DNA of 64,000 bases from Clostridia bacterium (GTDB taxonomy: Bacteria > Bacillota > Clostridia > TANB77 > CAG-465), in contig JAZSNU010000020.1 of assembly GCA_045536565.1 (NCBI GenBank), positions 2,727 through 66,726 on the forward strand, given 5' to 3'. Position 1 is the stretch's first letter; every line of letters starts with the position of its first letter. Below the pieces are notes generated by a model that did no database searches, had not been told where the DNA came from, and saw only the letters and a program-made list of their open reading frames with translations. Shown piece by piece: positions 20,363 to 30,874 of this stretch. The translations under genes and the position numbers were made by a program.

Positions 20363-21478
20363 TTAATCTTGTCTTAATTTTACTGGTAATACCATATATA
20401 TATAATCATTACCATGAACAGGTTTTATTATCATTGGAGATACATTAGTTGTATAGTTCATTAATACTTCTTCGTTTTCTATTACCTTTAAAGCCTCTAT
20501 TAAATATCTTGGATTAAATCCTATTTCAAGATTTTTTCCTTCAACCACACATGCTACATTTTCTTTTGCATCTCCTGCCAAACTTGTACAAGAAATTTCT
20601 ATACCATCCATAGATATATTAACTTTAAGTGGTGCTTTCTTTTCTTTTTCAGAAACTTCTCTTGAAAAAAGAGATACTCTATCTAATGATTCTAATAAAG
20701 ATTTAGTATTTACTTTTACTTTTGTTTCAAATTCGCTAGGTATAACTGAATTATAGTTTAAAAATTCACCTTCTATGATTCTACTTACAACTATACATTC
20801 TCCCATTTCAAATAATGCTTGGTTTTTATTTACTCCTATTTTTACATTTGCATCATCATCTGATAATATTTTAAGAAGTTCTGATAATGTTCTTCCTGGT
20901 ATAATTGCCTTAAAGTTATTATTGTTGTTTTCTAATAAATGTTGTTTTAGAGCAAGTCTAAATCCATCTATTGCTACTACTTTTAATACATTATCTTCCA
21001 CTGTCACAAGGGCACCTGTATAAACTGGTCTATTTTCATCTTGGCTTGTAGCAAATATTGTTTTCTTAACCATATCTTTAAATATACCTTGTTTAATTGT
21101 TATAGAGTTATCCACATTAAACACAGGTAACTTTGGATATTCTTCTGGATTCATTGTTGATAACTTAAATACTCCACTAGCTGATTTTATAACAAAAATA
21201 TTATTATCAACTTCGAAAGTTATTTCTTCTGCTTCCAATTTTCTAATTATTTCATTAAACATTTTATTATCTACAACAGTTTTTCCCTCTACTTCAACTG
21301 TTGCTTTTATTATATATTCACTTCCTATTTCTAAATCATTAGTTGTGAATTTTACATTATTTCCTATTGTTTCTATTAATATACCTTCTAATATTGGCAT
21401 TGTTGTTTTTGCAGATGCTGATTTTGTAACACTACTTAAACAATTAATTAAATCATTTCTACTACATTTAAATTTCAT
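20363..21478 (-). CDS. dnaN: DNA polymerase III beta sliding clamp
   Basis: 371 aa, three-domain clamp, position downstream of dnaA; RBS GAGGAGGAGAAAAA. Confidence 0.95.
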   Translation of the reverse strand: MKFKCSRNDLINCLSSVTKSASAKTTMPILEGILIETIGNNVKFTTNDLEIGSEYIIKATVEVEGKTVVDNKMFNEIIRKLEAEEITFEVDNNIFVIKSASGVFKLSTMNPEEYPKLPVFNVDNSITIKQGIFKDMVKKTIFATSQDENRPVYTGALVTVEDNVLKVVAIDGFRLALKQHLLENNNNNFKAIIPGRTLSELLKILSDDDANVKIGVNKNQALFEMGECIVVSRIIEGEFLNYNSVIPSEFETKVKVNTKSLLESLDRVSLFSREVSEKEKKAPLKVNISMDGIEISCTSLAGDAKENVACVVEGKNLEIGFNPRYLIEALKVIENEEVLMNYTTNVSPMIIKPVHGNDYIYMVLPVKLRQD

Positions 21479-21484
21479 TTTTTC

Positions 21485-21790
21485 TCCTCCTCAAATTTAG
21501 CAATGTTGATTGCTTATATATATTATTATATTTAGTAGTAGTAGTAGTAGTACCTGTTGATTATGTGGAAAACTACTTCTAACTACTGATATATCTAAAA
21601 ATACTTATGTGGATAAACCTGTGGATAACATGTTTAATTTATCCACAGAACACTTGTTTTTGGTGGATAACTTTTATTTTTTTAGTTATCCACAATTCTT
21701 TCCACAGGTTATCCACTTGATAATGTGGATAACAAAGAACAATGTCACGAACATTAATTATTTTTGTAATATTTTTGTAATAATAACTTC
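21485..21790. promoter_or_regulatory. oriC (dnaA-dnaN intergenic): at least 7 DnaA boxes, (TAG)6 DnaA-trio array, AT-rich DUE
   Basis: TGTGGATAA/TTATCCACA at about 21608, 21620, 21639, 21662 (1 mismatch), 21686, 21708 (1 mismatch), 21725; TAGTAGTAGTAGTAGTAG at 21533..21550 next to box-like TGTGGAAAA (21565..21573); AT-rich tract 21500..21532 beside the dnaN RBS. Confidence 0.85.
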
Positions 21791-23208
21791 TATATACTGA
21801 TAGATAGGGATTTTTTGATATCATCAATTAATGATCTTGTCTCTTCATTATTGTCATATTCTTCTGAGATTTTAGAATATGCATGAAGAACTGTTGAGTG
21901 ATCTCTTCCACCAAAATCTTTACCTATATTAGGAAAAGTCATATTAATTAATTCTCTACACAAATACATGGCTATTTGTCTTGGATAAGCCACATTATTT
22001 GATCTTTTTTCACTTAATACATCACTTACTTTTATGTTGAAAAACTTACAAACAACTTGTATTATTAATGTACTTGTTAATACTTTTGTATTTTTTACAA
22101 GTATTGATTCAATTGTATTATCTATTATAGCATCTGTAAGTTCTTTATTTGTAAATGAAGTATATGCGATTAATTTATTGAAAACACCTTCAAGTTCTCT
22201 AATATTAGAAGTAACCTTAGTTGCTATTTTTATAAGTACATCGTCCCCTATTACATATCTTTCCTTCTCTGCTTTTTTTCTAAGAATAGCAAGTCTTGTT
22301 TCATAGTCAGGTGCCTGAATATCAACAGCAAGGCCCATTTCAAATCTTGTTTTTAATCTATCTTCTAATAAATTAATTTCTTTTGGTGGTTTTTCACTAG
22401 TAAGAACTATTTGTTTTCCACCCTCAAATAATGTATTGAAAGTGTGGAAAAACTCTTCTTGACACTTCTCTTTTCCTGCTAAAAACTGAATATCATCTAT
22501 TAATAATAAATCAATATTTCTATATTTGTTTCTAAAAGATTCACTATTATTGTTCATTATTGCGGATACTAGTTCATTTGCGAAGTTCTCCCCTGTTGTA
22601 TAAATAACATTAAAACCAGGACATGATTCTGCTATGCTATGACCTATTGCTTGCATAAGATGGGTTTTACCCAACCCTACACCACCATATATAAATAATG
22701 GATTATATTTGGATCCTGGGCTTTCTGAAACTGCAACAGCAGATGCATGAGCAAACCTATTATTACTTCCTATGATGTAGTTTTCAAATGTGTATTTAGG
22801 ATTAAGTCCAATAGCATGTGAAACTATTTGATTATTTTGATTGTTAACAACTTTTACATTATTTAATTCATTCGTATTTTCAGTAGAACCTAGTGTATTT
22901 ACAGTTATGTTCTCTTTTTCATTAGTAATTTTTAAATTATCTTCATCTTCTGTTACCCCCTCTTTTGATTCAAAAATAATTATATAATTTTTTTTAGTCA
23001 AAAAAGTCAAGGTATTCTGAATTAAATCAAGATATTTTTTAGAAAGAACTTCTATATGATAATTAGAAGGAGCTAAAAAACATATTGTATTCTCGTCAGA
23101 AAGCCTAGGGATCATAACTTCAACATATGTTTTATATCCAACTGGTGAGATTTCTTCTTGTAAAATCTCTAATGCGTGTTCCCAAGTTTTCATAAAATTT
23201 TCTCCCAT
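21790..23208 (-). CDS. dnaA: chromosomal replication initiator DnaA
   Basis: AAA+ Walker A GGVGLGKTHL, Walker B LLLIDDIQF, C-terminal DNA-binding domain; start at ATG (MGENFMKTWEH) preceded by AGGAGG, 25 codons inside the longest ORF. Confidence 0.95.
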   Translation of the reverse strand: MGENFMKTWEHALEILQEEISPVGYKTYVEVMIPRLSDENTICFLAPSNYHIEVLSKKYLDLIQNTLTFLTKKNYIIIFESKEGVTEDEDNLKITNEKENITVNTLGSTENTNELNNVKVVNNQNNQIVSHAIGLNPKYTFENYIIGSNNRFAHASAVAVSESPGSKYNPLFIYGGVGLGKTHLMQAIGHSIAESCPGFNVIYTTGENFANELVSAIMNNNSESFRNKYRNIDLLLIDDIQFLAGKEKCQEEFFHTFNTLFEGGKQIVLTSEKPPKEINLLEDRLKTRFEMGLAVDIQAPDYETRLAILRKKAEKERYVIGDDVLIKIATKVTSNIRELEGVFNKLIAYTSFTNKELTDAIIDNTIESILVKNTKVLTSTLIIQVVCKFFNIKVSDVLSEKRSNNVAYPRQIAMYLCRELINMTFPNIGKDFGGRDHSTVLHAYSKISEEYDNNEETRSLIDDIKKSLSISI

Positions 23209-23227
23209 TTTTAACCTCCTTTTCGAA

Positions 23228-23265
23228 AAGTTATCCACAAAGTTATCCACAAGTGTGGATAACTT
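23228..23265. promoter_or_regulatory. three perfect DnaA boxes upstream of dnaA (autoregulation / oriC left part)
   Basis: TTATCCACA 23231..23239, TTATCCACA 23244..23252, TGTGGATAA 23254..23262. Confidence 0.8.
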
Positions 23266-23416
23266 ACATAGATTAATAATCAATACTCAAACAATATGTT
23301 ACATAAAGTTGTTAACTTGTATTTTTTTACAAAAAACACGACATATTTTTGCTATAATATATCAAATATTTACACAAAATACAAGTGTTTTACAAAACAA
23401 AATTAAAGAAAAAATA

Positions 23417-23448
23417 ACCAAGCTAAATGTATTAGCTTGGTTAAATAA
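23417..23448 (-). terminator. rho-independent terminator of the 128-aa ORF
   Basis: AACCAAGCTAA...TTAGCTTGGTT hairpin followed by a T-run on the minus strand. Confidence 0.6.
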
Positions 23449-23835
23449 TTAATAAATTCTTCGATTTGGTACATAACATCTAGAAGCCTTATTCATATAC
23501 GAACGATTTGAAGTCTCATCACTTACTTTTCGTCTTTTATACTGTACTGCTTCTTTTGCTTTTTTTACCTTTTTATATTTAATTTTATCTTTCTTTACTC
23601 GATTAGCTTTCTTTTTGCGACTTGGAGAATGTTTTGCGGATGAAGAACTTTCAAAATCGTATTCATCTTCTCTATCTTCTAATGAATCACAATACTCTAA
23701 TTCCTCCAAGACCATGGTTTGCAAAACACCAATCGCAGTACTATTTATTTCCTGTAAAGTCATATCTGGAAACAAGTCAGAAGCTAAATCTTTTAACTCT
23801 TTAATTGATAATTCGTTAACATTAATTTTTGTCAT
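23449..23835 (-). CDS. hypothetical protein (acidic helical N-domain, Lys/Arg-rich C-tail) inserted between dnaA and rpmH
   Basis: Intact 128-aa ORF with its own terminator; no recognisable family. Confidence 0.5.
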   Translation of the reverse strand: MTKINVNELSIKELKDLASDLFPDMTLQEINSTAIGVLQTMVLEELEYCDSLEDREDEYDFESSSSAKHSPSRKKKANRVKKDKIKYKKVKKAKEAVQYKRRKVSDETSNRSYMNKASRCYVPNRRIY

Positions 23836-24070
23836 TACATATTCCTCCTATAAAGAAAAAATTTTTTCTATATTTATGTATAGATACAAATTTATTATAT
23901 CAAAAAATACATATTATGTCAATATGATTAAATACTATATATGATATAACTATTTTTTTGTTTTAGTTTATTTTTCTAAAATTAATTTAATTAAATATTT
24001 GACAAATTAAAAATTATGTAGTATAATCCTAGCAGGAAAAAATCACTTAATAACTTTGGAGGTGTAAGAC

Positions 24071-24205
24071 ATGAAAATGACATTTCAACCAAAAAACAGA
24101 CAATCTAAAAGAGAACATGGTTTTAGAAAAAGAATGAGTACTGCTTCTGGAAGAAATATATTAAAAGCAAGAAGAGCAAAAGGTAGAGCAGAATTAACTC
24201 ACTAA
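24071..24205 (+). CDS. rpmH: 50S ribosomal protein L34
   Basis: [44 protein letters not shown] (44 aa), below the ORF-track size cutoff; RBS GGAGGTG; terminator hairpin AAAGGTA..TACCTTT + T8 at 24222..24262. Confidence 0.92.
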   Translation: MKMTFQPKNRQSKREHGFRKRMSTASGRNILKARRAKGRAELTH

Positions 24206-24296
24206 TAAAATAGAAATATTTTCAATAAAGGTAGGAAATACCTTTATTTTTTTTATATATTATGGTAAAATATATAATGTGAAAAAGGGGGATAGT

Positions 24297-24638
24297 ATGG
24301 TATTTACTAAATCACTTAAAGGACAATATTCTTTTAAAGTTATATTTAAAAGGGGAGAATATATATCTAATAATAATATAACATTATATATATTAAAAAA
24401 TAGAAAATATGAAAATAACAATTTTCTTGGGATTTGTGTTAGTAAAAAACATGGTAATAGTGTAGTAAGAAATAGACTTAAAAGATGGGCAAGAGAGGCG
24501 TATAAAGAAATAGAAAAAGACTTAAACAAAGGATATAATATTATTATTTTGTATAAGAAAAATATAGATGTGAGTAAATTAGATTTTTATTGTGTAAAAA
24601 AAGAATTAAAAGAATCTCTAGAAAAATTAGGAATATAG
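24297..24638 (+). CDS. rnpA: ribonuclease P protein component
   Basis: [12 protein letters not shown] motif; start at ATG after AAAAAGGGGGA. Confidence 0.9.
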   Translation: MVFTKSLKGQYSFKVIFKRGEYISNNNITLYILKNRKYENNNFLGICVSKKHGNSVVRNRLKRWAREAYKEIEKDLNKGYNIIILYKKNIDVSKLDFYCVKKELKESLEKLGI

Positions 24639-24640
24639 AA

Positions 24641-24874
24641 ATGAGAAAAATTATACATAAAATAATAAGATTTCCAAGAAAAGTTATAATATTCTTTATT
24701 AAACAGTATCAAATATACTTATCACCCAAGTTTGGGCGTAATTGTAAATACTATCCAACATGTTCTAATTATGCTATTTGTGCTATTGACAAATATGGTA
24801 TAATTAAAGGCGGAATAATGGCGTTTTTTAGAGTATTAAGATGTAATCCGTTTTCTAAACGGAGGAATAGATGA
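24641..24874 (+). CDS. yidD: membrane protein insertion efficiency factor YidD
   Basis: C-terminal [22 protein letters not shown]...RVLRCNPF typical YidD. Confidence 0.85.
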   Translation: MRKIIHKIIRFPRKVIIFFIKQYQIYLSPKFGRNCKYYPTCSNYAICAIDKYGIIKGGIMAFFRVLRCNPFSKRRNR

Positions 24875-24901
24875 AGTTAAATAGAATAAGGAGTTTTTTT
24901 A

Positions 24902-25732
24902 ATGATAGATGCAATAGCTAGTTTGTTTGGGGCAATTGTAAGATTAATATATAATTTAGTAGGACAAAATTATGGGTTATCTATTGTAATATTTGCAGTA
25001 TTAACTAAAATTGTGCTTTTTCCACTAAGTTTAAAACAAGCTAAAACTACTGAGAACATGAAGAAGATAGGCCCTATGGAACAAGAAATAAGGAAAAAAT
25101 ATAAAGGAAATAATGAAAAAATGGCAACAGAACTTCAAAAACTGTATGCTGAAAATAAAATTAATCCTATGGCTGGATGTCTTCCAGCATTAATTCAAAT
25201 TCCTATGGTTATAGCTATGTTTTATATTGTTAAACAACCATTAACATATATAAAACAAGTACCAAATGAACAAATAATAGAATATGTTCAGGAAATTAAG
25301 GGAAATGATGAAAAAGTAACTAAGGCGGAAATAAGAAATAGTGAAATAACAATAGCTGATGAAAAAGGGTTAATAAATATGGATTTTATGGGAGTACATT
25401 TTGGTGATATTCCAGCAAATTCAGTTAACAAGAAGATTGAAAAAGAGGATAGACCTAGTTATATTACATTATTAGTTCCGGCATTAAGTTTGGTATTATC
25501 TATATTACAGAATAAGATAATGATGAAAAAGAGTAATTTAACAGAAGAACAAAAAGAACAACAAAGAACAATGAATTTGATGTTACCGTTTTTGTCAGCA
25601 TATATTTCATATATAATGCCGCTGGCACTTGGAATATATTGGCTTATAGGAAATGTGTGTCAAATAATTTCACAATTTATGATAGATAGATTAGTTAAAG
25701 AAAAGAAGATAATGATAGGAGAAAGGAGTTAA
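24902..25732 (+). CDS. yidC: membrane protein insertase YidC/SpoIIIJ
   Basis: YidC/Oxa1 core (GCLPALIQIPMVIAMFY). Confidence 0.9.
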   Translation: MIDAIASLFGAIVRLIYNLVGQNYGLSIVIFAVLTKIVLFPLSLKQAKTTENMKKIGPMEQEIRKKYKGNNEKMATELQKLYAENKINPMAGCLPALIQIPMVIAMFYIVKQPLTYIKQVPNEQIIEYVQEIKGNDEKVTKAEIRNSEITIADEKGLINMDFMGVHFGDIPANSVNKKIEKEDRPSYITLLVPALSLVLSILQNKIMMKKSNLTEEQKEQQRTMNLMLPFLSAYISYIMPLALGIYWLIGNVCQIISQFMIDRLVKEKKIMIGERS

Positions 25733-25737
25733 TAAAA

Positions 25738-26385
25738 ATGAAAAAAGTAACAGAACAAATAGGTAAAACCGTTGAAGAAGCAATAAGAAAAGGATTAGAG
25801 GAATTAAAAGTCCCAAGAGATTATGTTAAAATTGAAGTGTTAGAAGAACCTACAAAGGGAATGCTTGGAATGCTTTCTAGTACACTTGCAAAGGTAAGAT
25901 TAACTGTTGATAAAAAGCTAGACGAAGCAACGGTATCAGCAACTATGCAAAAAGTAGATGCGATAGTAAGTAGAATATTTGAAATAATGAAAGATGATTC
26001 TAAATATGAAATAAAAAATAATAATGGAAAAGTTGAAGTAATAATAGATAGTGCTGAAAATACTCATTTGATAGGGTATAAAGGAAGAACGATAGAAGCT
26101 CTTCAATCAACAATCAATTCTATATTACAAAAGGATACAGAAGAAAATGCAAAAGTATTTGTAGAAGTAAATGGATACAAAAAGAAAAAAGAAGAAACAT
26201 TAAAGAGATTAGCAAATAAAATGGCAGATAATGTAGTAAAATTTAAGAAAATTATAAAATTAGAGCCTATGTCTGCATATGAGAGAATGATAATACATAC
26301 AGAATTATCAGATAGAAAAGATGTAACAACAGAGAGTATTGGAGTAGAACCAAGAAGAAGAGTTGTAATAAAATTAAAAAGATAA
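25738..26385 (+). CDS. jag: Jag/KhpB RNA-binding protein (KH + R3H)
   Basis: Jag N-domain, KH and C-terminal R3H; position after yidC. Confidence 0.85.
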   Translation: MKKVTEQIGKTVEEAIRKGLEELKVPRDYVKIEVLEEPTKGMLGMLSSTLAKVRLTVDKKLDEATVSATMQKVDAIVSRIFEIMKDDSKYEIKNNNGKVEVIIDSAENTHLIGYKGRTIEALQSTINSILQKDTEENAKVFVEVNGYKKKKEETLKRLANKMADNVVKFKKIIKLEPMSAYERMIIHTELSDRKDVTTESIGVEPRRRVVIKLKR

Positions 26386-26439
26386 TAAAATAAAAAGTTC
26401 AGACTGAGTCTGACTTTTTTGTGAGGAGAAAATAAAATT

Positions 26440-27807
26440 ATGTTAACAGAAACAATAGCAGCTATTAGTACCGGTGGTAATAATACTGGTATTAATATAA
26501 TAAGAATAAGTGGAGAAAAAAGCAAAAATATAATAGATAATATATTTACAGGAAGTTCAAAATTGTCACATCAAAAAATAATATATGGTAAAATAAAAGA
26601 TAGAGAAAAAGTTATAGATGAAGTATTGGTTTCATATTTTAAGGCCCCAAATTCTTTTACAGGAGAGGATATATGTGAAATAAACTGTCATGGTGGTAGA
26701 AGAGTAACATTAGATATACTAGAATTGGTTATTAAAAATGGAGCTAGAATTGCTGAGCCTGGGGAATTTTCGAAAAGAGCTTTCTTAAATGGTAAAATGG
26801 ATTTATCTAAGGCTGAGAGTATAATAGATGTAATTAATGCTAAAACAAAATTACAAACTAAAATAGCGGCAGAGCAACTTGAAGGCGGTCTATATAATGT
26901 AGTAACTGAGCAAAGAAATAAGTTAATAGAACTTCTTGCGCAAATAGAAGTGAGTATTGATTATCCAGAGTATGATTATGAAGAGTTAGAATATAGTGAA
27001 ATATATAGAATGCTTTTAGATACAAGTAATAATATAAAGAAATATATTGATTCTTATGAAGAGGGTAAATACATTAAAGATGGCATAAATGTAGCAATAT
27101 TAGGTGGAACAAACGCAGGGAAATCTTCTCTTTTGAATCTATTATCTAACAGCGAAAAGGCGATTGTTACAGATATAGAAGGAACTACTCGTGATGTTGT
27201 TGAGGAAACTGTGATAATAGGAGATATTGTATTAAATATATTTGATACTGCTGGTATAAGAAAGACAGATGATGTAGTAGAAAAGATCGGCATACAAAGA
27301 AGTATAGAAATAATAGATAAAGTAGATTTGGTTATTGTTGTTGTTGATATTACAAAAGGAATAACTAAAAATGATTTACATATAATAGAAAAAATTAAAG
27401 AGAAAAATAAAAAATATATTGTATGTTTAAATAAGATTGATATTTCATGTGAAAATTATGAAGAAATATTAAATGTGATTGGAAGCTCTAAAATCGTTTT
27501 AAAAACATCTTTTTTGAGTAAGGAGGGTATAGATACCCTTAAAGATAAAATTGTCTCTATGTTTAATTTAGGGCAAATTAAGACTAGTGATGATATTTTG
27601 GTTGTAAATCAAAGACACAAAGAACTTTTAGAGAAAAGTTATAATAGTTTAAAGAAAGCAATGAGTGAAATAGAAAAAAATATAGGTGTAGATATAGCCG
27701 AAATTGATATTAAAGAAGCGGGAAGATATTTAGGAGAAATAATAGGTGAAGAAGTTACAACAGATGTTATTAACAAAATATTTGAAAAATTTTGTTTAGG
27801 AAAGTAG
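26440..27807 (+). CDS. mnmE: tRNA modification GTPase MnmE
   Basis: G-domain GGTNAGKSSLLN, DTAGIR, C-terminal FCLGK. Confidence 0.95.
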   Translation: MLTETIAAISTGGNNTGINIIRISGEKSKNIIDNIFTGSSKLSHQKIIYGKIKDREKVIDEVLVSYFKAPNSFTGEDICEINCHGGRRVTLDILELVIKNGARIAEPGEFSKRAFLNGKMDLSKAESIIDVINAKTKLQTKIAAEQLEGGLYNVVTEQRNKLIELLAQIEVSIDYPEYDYEELEYSEIYRMLLDTSNNIKKYIDSYEEGKYIKDGINVAILGGTNAGKSSLLNLLSNSEKAIVTDIEGTTRDVVEETVIIGDIVLNIFDTAGIRKTDDVVEKIGIQRSIEIIDKVDLVIVVVDITKGITKNDLHIIEKIKEKNKKYIVCLNKIDISCENYEEILNVIGSSKIVLKTSFLSKEGIDTLKDKIVSMFNLGQIKTSDDILVVNQRHKELLEKSYNSLKKAMSEIEKNIGVDIAEIDIKEAGRYLGEIIGEEVTTDVINKIFEKFCLGK

Positions 27808-27816
27808 GAATGTATA

Positions 27817-29706
27817 ATGGAATACAAAGCAGGAAAGTATGATATAGTAGTAATTGGAGGAGGACATGCGGGGATTGAAGCAGCCCTTGCATCTGCGAGA
27901 TTAGGAAAGAGTACAGCTATGTTTATAATAAACATGGATACTCTTGCAAATATGCCATGTAACCCAAGTATAGGAGGAACATCAAAAGGTCACCTTGTAA
28001 GGGAGATTGATGCTCTTGGTGGGCAAATGGGTAAATCTGCTGATGCTTGCTATATACAATCGAAAATGTTAAATAGTTCAAAAGGACCAGCAGTTCATTC
28101 GCTTAGGGCACAAATAGATAGAAAAAAATATCATATGTATATGAAGAATGTATTAGAGAATGAAGAAAAATTAGATATATATCAAGCGGAAATAACAGAT
28201 ATTATATATGATGAGAAAATAAAAGGAGTTAAAACAAAAACAGGAGCAATATATGAAGCAAAGGCTGTTATTGTTACAACAGGAACCTATTTGAAAGGTA
28301 AGATTATAATTGGAGATGTATCTTACGAAAGTGGCCCAGATGGTGTATTTCCAGCAAATAAATTATCAGAAAGTTTAAAAGAATTAGGTATAGAACTAAG
28401 AAGGTTCAAAACAGGAACACCAGCAAGAATGAATAGTAAAGACATAGATTTTTCTAAGATGGAAGAACAATTTGGTGATGAAACAATTAAATCTTTCTCG
28501 TTTGATAATGAGGAAAAGATAGAGTTATTAAATAAAGAACAAATAAAATGTTATTTAACATATACTAATTTAGAAACACATAAAGTGATAAAAGATAACA
28601 TACATAGATCTCCTTTATATAGTGGGGAAATAAAGGGTGTAGGTCCTAGATATTGCCCTTCTATTGAAGATAAGGTTATGAGATTTAAAGATAAAGAAAG
28701 ACATCAAATATTTATTGAACCTATGGGGGATAATACAAATGAAATGTATATACAGGGGATGTCATCTTGTCTTCCAGAAGATGTTCAAATTAGAATGTAT
28801 AGAACAGTTCCGGGCTTAGAAAATTCTAAGATGATGAGACCTGCATATGCTATCGAATATGATTGTATAGATTCAACAAATTTGGATTTATCCTTAGAGT
28901 ATAAAGGAATTCCAGGGCTTTTTTTTGCTGGACAAGTTAATGGTAGTTCGGGGTATGAAGAAGCAGCTGCACAAGGATTGATTGCTGGTATAAATGCTGT
29001 AAAAAAAATAGATGGAAGAAAACCATTAATACTAGATAGATCAGAAGCGTACATAGGTGTATTAATTGATGATTTAGTAACAAAAGGGACTAATGAACCA
29101 TATAGAATGATGACATCAAGATCAGAATATAGATTAATGCTTAGACAAGATAATGCTGATTTAAGACTTACAGAAAAAGGGTATAAAATAGGGCTAGTTA
29201 CAGAAGAAAAATATAACAAGTATTTGGAGAAAAAAAGCAAGATAGAAGAAGAAATTGAGAGAATAAAAAATGTTAAAGTATCTCCAAATACACACAATAA
29301 TGAAATACTTGAAAAGCTTGGTAGTAGTAAGTTAGAAGTTGGTATGAAACTAGCAGATTTATTGAAAAGAACCGAGTTAAATTATACTAATACAAAAGAA
29401 TTAGATAAAGCAAGAAAGGATCTTCCTTTAAGTGTACAAGAGCAAGTAGAGATACAAATTAAGTATGAGGGATATATTAAATTACAACTAGAACAAATAA
29501 ATGCTTTCAAAAAGTTAGAAACAAAAAAACTAAGTATTGATATTGATTATGAGCAAATAAAAGGTTTATCCTTAGAAGCGAGACAGAAATTAAATAAACA
29601 AAAACCAATATCAATTGGACAGGCATCTAGAATATCAGGGGTTTCACCATCTGATATATCAGTACTTCTTATATACATAAATCAAATGAAGAGAAAAGGA
29701 GAATAG
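27817..29706 (+). CDS. mnmG: tRNA uridine 5-carboxymethylaminomethyl modification enzyme MnmG (GidA)
   Basis: FAD-binding VIGGGHAG; 629 aa. Confidence 0.96.
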   Translation: MEYKAGKYDIVVIGGGHAGIEAALASARLGKSTAMFIINMDTLANMPCNPSIGGTSKGHLVREIDALGGQMGKSADACYIQSKMLNSSKGPAVHSLRAQIDRKKYHMYMKNVLENEEKLDIYQAEITDIIYDEKIKGVKTKTGAIYEAKAVIVTTGTYLKGKIIIGDVSYESGPDGVFPANKLSESLKELGIELRRFKTGTPARMNSKDIDFSKMEEQFGDETIKSFSFDNEEKIELLNKEQIKCYLTYTNLETHKVIKDNIHRSPLYSGEIKGVGPRYCPSIEDKVMRFKDKERHQIFIEPMGDNTNEMYIQGMSSCLPEDVQIRMYRTVPGLENSKMMRPAYAIEYDCIDSTNLDLSLEYKGIPGLFFAGQVNGSSGYEEAAAQGLIAGINAVKKIDGRKPLILDRSEAYIGVLIDDLVTKGTNEPYRMMTSRSEYRLMLRQDNADLRLTEKGYKIGLVTEEKYNKYLEKKSKIEEEIERIKNVKVSPNTHNNEILEKLGSSKLEVGMKLADLLKRTELNYTNTKELDKARKDLPLSVQEQVEIQIKYEGYIKLQLEQINAFKKLETKKLSIDIDYEQIKGLSLEARQKLNKQKPISIGQASRISGVSPSDISVLLIYINQMKRKGE

Positions 29707-29713
29707 TTTTCAC

Positions 29714-30445
29714 ATGAAAATGAGTAAGGAGGAATTTATACATACTCTTATATGTAGAGCAGCAGAAAACAATATAAAAATAGATGAAACAAAGGCAGAA
29801 AAAATGTTTTTATATAAGGAATTATTAGTAGAATGGAACGAAAAAATAAATCTTACATCTATTACAGAAGATGAAGATATTATAGTAAAACATTTTATTG
29901 ACTCTTTGTTATGCGTAGAATGCATTAAGGAAAATAGTCAGATAATTGATGTCGGTACAGGCGCTGGTTTTCCTGGATTGGTGATAGCTATATATTTTGA
30001 TGGGAATGTAAGTATAACATTGTTAGATTCTCTACAAAAAAGGGTAAATTTTTTAGATTTAGTTATAAAAGAATTGGAATTGAAAAATATACAGGCTATA
30101 CATGGGAGAGCAGAAGAATATGCCCATAAAGAAGAATTTAGAGAAATTTACGATATAGCAATAGCAAGAGCGGTAGCACCGTTAAATGTTTTACTAGAAT
30201 ATTTATCTGGATATGTAAAAATTGATGGTGAGTGTATATGCATGAAAGCATTATCTATTAATGAAGAGATTAATAAATCTAAGAATGCAACACAAGTTTT
30301 AAATTTAGAATTGTTAAAAAAAATTACAATAACTATTAAATATACAGAGGATATAACCAGGAACATACTTATATATACAAAAAACAAATCTACTCCTAAT
30401 AAATATCCTAGAAGTTATGGAAAAATTAAAAAAAGTCCGCTATAA
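29714..30445 (+). CDS. rsmG: 16S rRNA (guanine527-N7)-methyltransferase RsmG
   Basis: SAM motif IIDVGTGAGFPG; terminator hairpin AAGTCCGCT..AGCGGGCTTTTT at 30428..30462. Confidence 0.92.
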   Translation: MKMSKEEFIHTLICRAAENNIKIDETKAEKMFLYKELLVEWNEKINLTSITEDEDIIVKHFIDSLLCVECIKENSQIIDVGTGAGFPGLVIAIYFDGNVSITLLDSLQKRVNFLDLVIKELELKNIQAIHGRAEEYAHKEEFREIYDIAIARAVAPLNVLLEYLSGYVKIDGECICMKALSINEEINKSKNATQVLNLELLKKITITIKYTEDITRNILIYTKNKSTPNKYPRSYGKIKKSPL

Positions 30446-30531
30446 AGCGGGCTTTTTGACATTTATAAAAAATATGATATAATATACGGGCATAAAATAT
30501 AAATCTAAATTATAATTAAGGAGGAATAGGT

Positions 30532-30849
30532 GTGGATAAAGAAAAAGCATTTTTAATATTAAATGAAAATAGTCATTCGTATAATTTTGAACTTAGGGAT
30601 GCTAACGACAAAACATTGTACAAATTGATGTTTTCTAAGACTTCTACTCGTAATATAAAGAAAGCTCTTATAAATAAGCTTATAAAGATGTTTAAAACAA
30701 ACGGTATAACAAGAGTTTCTATTATTTTTTATGGATATAATAAAATATTTATAAGAAATATAGTTAAGATGTTGGGAAAAGAAAATATCAATATATTGGA
30801 GTTTAAAGGGAAAAGACCTATTGATGAAGAAATAGAAAATATAAACTAA
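30532..30849 (+). CDS. hypothetical small protein (GTG start), at the usual noc position
   Basis: RBS AAGGAGGAA then GTG; no motif recognised. Confidence 0.4.
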   Translation: MDKEKAFLILNENSHSYNFELRDANDKTLYKLMFSKTSTRNIKKALINKLIKMFKTNGITRVSIIFYGYNKIFIRNIVKMLGKENINILEFKGKRPIDEEIENIN

Positions 30850-30874
30850 GAGATTTTAGAGAGGAAAAAAAGTT

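Noticed and set aside
21533-21550. (TAG)6 trinucleotide microsatellite
   Set aside because: Not treated as a generic SSR or slip-strand phase-variation site. Its position between a DnaA box and the AT-rich DUE next to dnaN fits the DnaA-trio origin element (reported as a finding instead).
21609-21827. Two overlapping 62-63-aa ORFs in the dnaA-dnaN spacer
   Set aside because: The region is a dense array of DnaA boxes. The peptide sequences are just translations of TGTGGATAA repeats (…VDN… / …IHQ…).
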